A stretch of 52,403 nucleotides of DNA, taken from contig NC_068990.1 in the NCBI RefSeq assembly GCF_001194135.2, positions 11,280,228 to 11,332,630 of the forward strand, given 5' to 3'. Below the pieces are notes generated by a model. The model was not told the origin of the DNA. It ran no database searches and saw only the letters and a list, made by a program, of their open reading frames with translations. The stretch comes from Octopus bimaculoides (taxonomy: Eukaryota). Below are positions 49,706 to 52,403 of this stretch, piece by piece. Position numbers and translations under genes: made by a program. Numbering within the stretch: position 1 is the first letter of the stretch; each line of letters begins with the position of its first letter.

Positions 49706-50329
49706 ATACAAGCATACACACACTCTAACTTACATACACACACACATACACATACACACGTGCATGCACACACTCACGCACACACTCACACACACGCACA
49801 CATACACACAGACATACAATGAGTTTCATTCAGATTCCATCTACCTTAATCCACTCACGAGGCTTTAGTCAGCATCCAAACCACTGGTAATCAATTATTT
49901 CAATTTTTTACCCTCATACTTATAGAGTGAAATTTCCAATTCTTAGGCCATATAGTACAGATTTTAAATTAATTTACTGCTGGGCTATTATAACTATGCT
50001 TGCACACTAAGTTTGAATCCATAACGTGTAAACATGGAGCTGTCCTGCACATGTGTTTGGCTTGTGTTTTCGGTACGTATCATAGCTACATAATTATGCA
50101 TTCCTTAGCGATCCTACTGACAAGCTACAGATACCAAATTCATTTATGTGGTCATTAATAGCAAAACTCGAGTATAGGATTAACTATTTTTTTATTCAAT
50201 CTAATACCTATTAGCAGCGTGCTTTAAGAATTCCTTCTTTCACGTGGTTTGGGTTTAACTGCCCTTTTTAGTGTGTAAGAAGTCTTGTCAAGGGTCTTCT
50301 CTCCGTGTATAAATCTTTATACACTCTTG

Positions 50330-50369
<40 letters not shown>

Positions 50370-50449
50370 CTTGTTTGTGTGTGTGTGTGTGTGTTTGTTA
50401 ATAACACTTATAAAGGGGTTCTTTTTCCATTCACCAAAGTGAATGGAGC

Positions 50450-50705
50450 CTTGGTCAGGAGGAACTGATATCAGATGATATCCAGCATACATTGGGTGCT
50501 TCAACCCTGAACCGTAACACCCACCTGTTGATGGGTCAGCAGAGGCGGCCAAGTCACTGCTCCTCATCTCCTCCTGACTTCCGGCTTAACTCTTCTCTCT
50601 TACTCCTAAGCCAACAAGAGGCTCTTTCAGCTGCCTCGCCCATCCTTACCACAGCCACCCTTTGCTCCTTACCTATCATTCCAATTGTTGTAAGCATCCT
50701 CCATG
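50450..50705 (-). mobile_element. 3' end of a HERO-like RLE LINE
   Basis: AWRMLTTIGMIGKEQRVAVVRMGEAAERASCWLRSKREE matches the HERO-type C-terminus (AAERASxWLWxKR), followed by a 3' UTR. Confidence 0.72.
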
Positions 50706-50724
50706 CTAATAAATATATATATTT

Positions 50725-50945
50725 ATCTATGTTTCTGTGTGTCTTTGTGTCTGTGTTTGTCCCCTGCCGGTACTTGACATCCAGTGTTGGTGTGTTTACA
50801 TCCCTGTAACTTAGCAGTTCAGCAAAAGAGATTAATAGAATAAATAAGTAAAAGGGTAGATTCATTTGACTAAAATTCTTCAAAGCGATGCTCCAGCATG
50901 GTCACAATGTAATCGCTGAAACAAGTAAAAAATAAAAAAAGATAT
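50725..50945 (+). mobile_element. SINE family 1, 3' half
   Basis: gtgtctgtgtttgtcccc...ctccagcatgg...gaaacaagtaaaa. Confidence 0.8.
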
Positions 50946-51599
50946 TACAAGGTAGACATGTTTGACAATTATGCAATGTAACCGTCATCTTTTTGCCTGA
51001 TCTGTATTGTACCTTAAAAGCTGTGTGGCAAATTTATAAATTTATTTAAGATAATGTGTTAAACATTATGCAATTTTGAAAAAAATAGTCGATGTTAATC
51101 AAATATATGATTAATGAGATGCTGCTTCAAGCTTGCACTCATGCACATACACACTCATATATTTACGAATATATGCATGTTTTATTATTTTATTATTTTA
51201 TGCATCAATTTATGAATCTGTTAATGCAAGGATATNNNNNNNNNNNNNNNNNNNNNNNNNNNNNNNNNNNNNNNNNNNNNNNNNNNNNNNNNNNNNNNNN
51301 NNNNNNNNNNNTATATATATATATATATATTATATATATATACAGGTTTTTAAAAAAACTATAACATTTTTACAAAGAAAAAACTATAACATTACTCGAG
51401 ATGATTTCAAATTCTGTTAAGTAGGAGATATTTTAAGCTTTATCAAATTTTAAAATTATTTTAATCGATTTTTTTGTACTCCTAATGAGGGAAATGCAAC
51501 TATTTGTATTGGCTGGAGAACTTTCCCAATACAAAGGTATTCTCCAAAACAATCGTAAAGTTTTGTACTACTGCTTTTCCTTGGATTGTAATACTGGAG

Positions 51600-52060
51600 T
51601 GCATGAAACCTAATATTTTGATGATGTCTTGCAAACAACTCGCACATGCAAGTGCTACCAGTCGAGAACTTTGCATACCGGAAGCCAGCAAGTGTATGGG
51701 GTCATCAAGTGAGAATGCGTGCCATTTCAGGGCCTACCTCATGACAGCATCAATGTGCACTGGCCCTGCTCACTGATATGAGGTCCTGCTTGCTAGATCA
51801 ACTGGTTATTAAAAAAAAAAGCTCAATATTTCTCTAGCCATTGCTCATCGTTTCTTTTTAACCAAATCCAGTGGCTAACCTTCTCCACTGTAGTCTGAAT
51901 ATCGGTTATGGTGGTATTTACCTTACAATGAGTTAGGCCTAACGATAACAGCAGTCATCTCACACTGTGTCCTACAAATCCTCTACATCCAACTTTTATG
52001 TATTTTGTTTTCCCATGACAAATGAATTTGACCTATGAAAATCTGTCCTCCACTTTGATT
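51600..52060 (-). mobile_element. 3' end of a second, divergent HERO-like RLE LINE
   Basis: SWENK...KVGCRGFVGHSVR*LLLSLGL...VEKVSHWIWLKRNDEQWLEKY* (stop at 51823-25), followed by a presumed 3' UTR. Confidence 0.78.
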
Positions 52061-52064
52061 TATG

Positions 52065-52097
<33 letters not shown>

Positions 52098-52188
52098 CTA
52101 GCAGAAATACCCGGCGTTGCCCGGGTTAAAGAGAATAATGAAATCTAAAAACGCCGTCTAGACTACGAATCATCTTTATATATAGAGA
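52098..52188 (-). mobile_element. Intact 91-bp non-autonomous mini-Helitron
   Basis: Minus strand reads A|TCTCTATATATAAAG...ACCCGG-gcaacg-CCGGGT-atttctg-CTAG|T: 5' TC, subterminal hairpin, 3' CTAG, insertion between A and T. Confidence 0.88.
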
Positions 52189-52403
52189 TGTATATACACA
52201 CACGCACCCAAACACACATATATATATGTATATCAATATAAATATATGAAAGTCAATGAAGTTTCGTAAAAGAAGGTGATCATGTACATACTTTCTTGCT
52301 GTTGTGATTATAACACCTCATTGTAAACTATGTTCCTTGTTTTCCCTTGTGGAGCATATACAATAGGTTTTTTGTTGCTGCCCACTCTTGAGCAGGCAAC
52401 ATA

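Overview
This is AT-rich, gapped eukaryotic non-coding DNA, about 52 kb with many N runs. Its SINE, MITE and microsatellite make-up looks like an octopod cephalopod draft genome (inference from repeat families; not database-checked). I found no confidently supported host protein-coding gene. Almost every ORF in the supplied track is a translation of a microsatellite, an N gap or a repeat. The window is a dense archive of transposon fossils. It holds at least five SINE-like families and remnants of Penelope-like (PLE), R4/Dong-like, HERO-like and RTE retroelements. DNA-transposon remains include a near-complete Tc1 transposase pseudogene with DD36E spacing, Chapaev3-like and Helitron RepHel fossils, several MITEs and an intact 91-bp mini-Helitron. 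The most interesting signal is a short retroposon that links a tRNA-like Pol III head, an (AAT/AAC)n tract and a PLE-type minimal hammerhead ribozyme (19715-20026). A second copy (23211-24227) carries about 470 bp of cargo and a 391-bp 5' palindrome. A low-confidence pair of spliced exons lies on the minus strand at 8777-8999.
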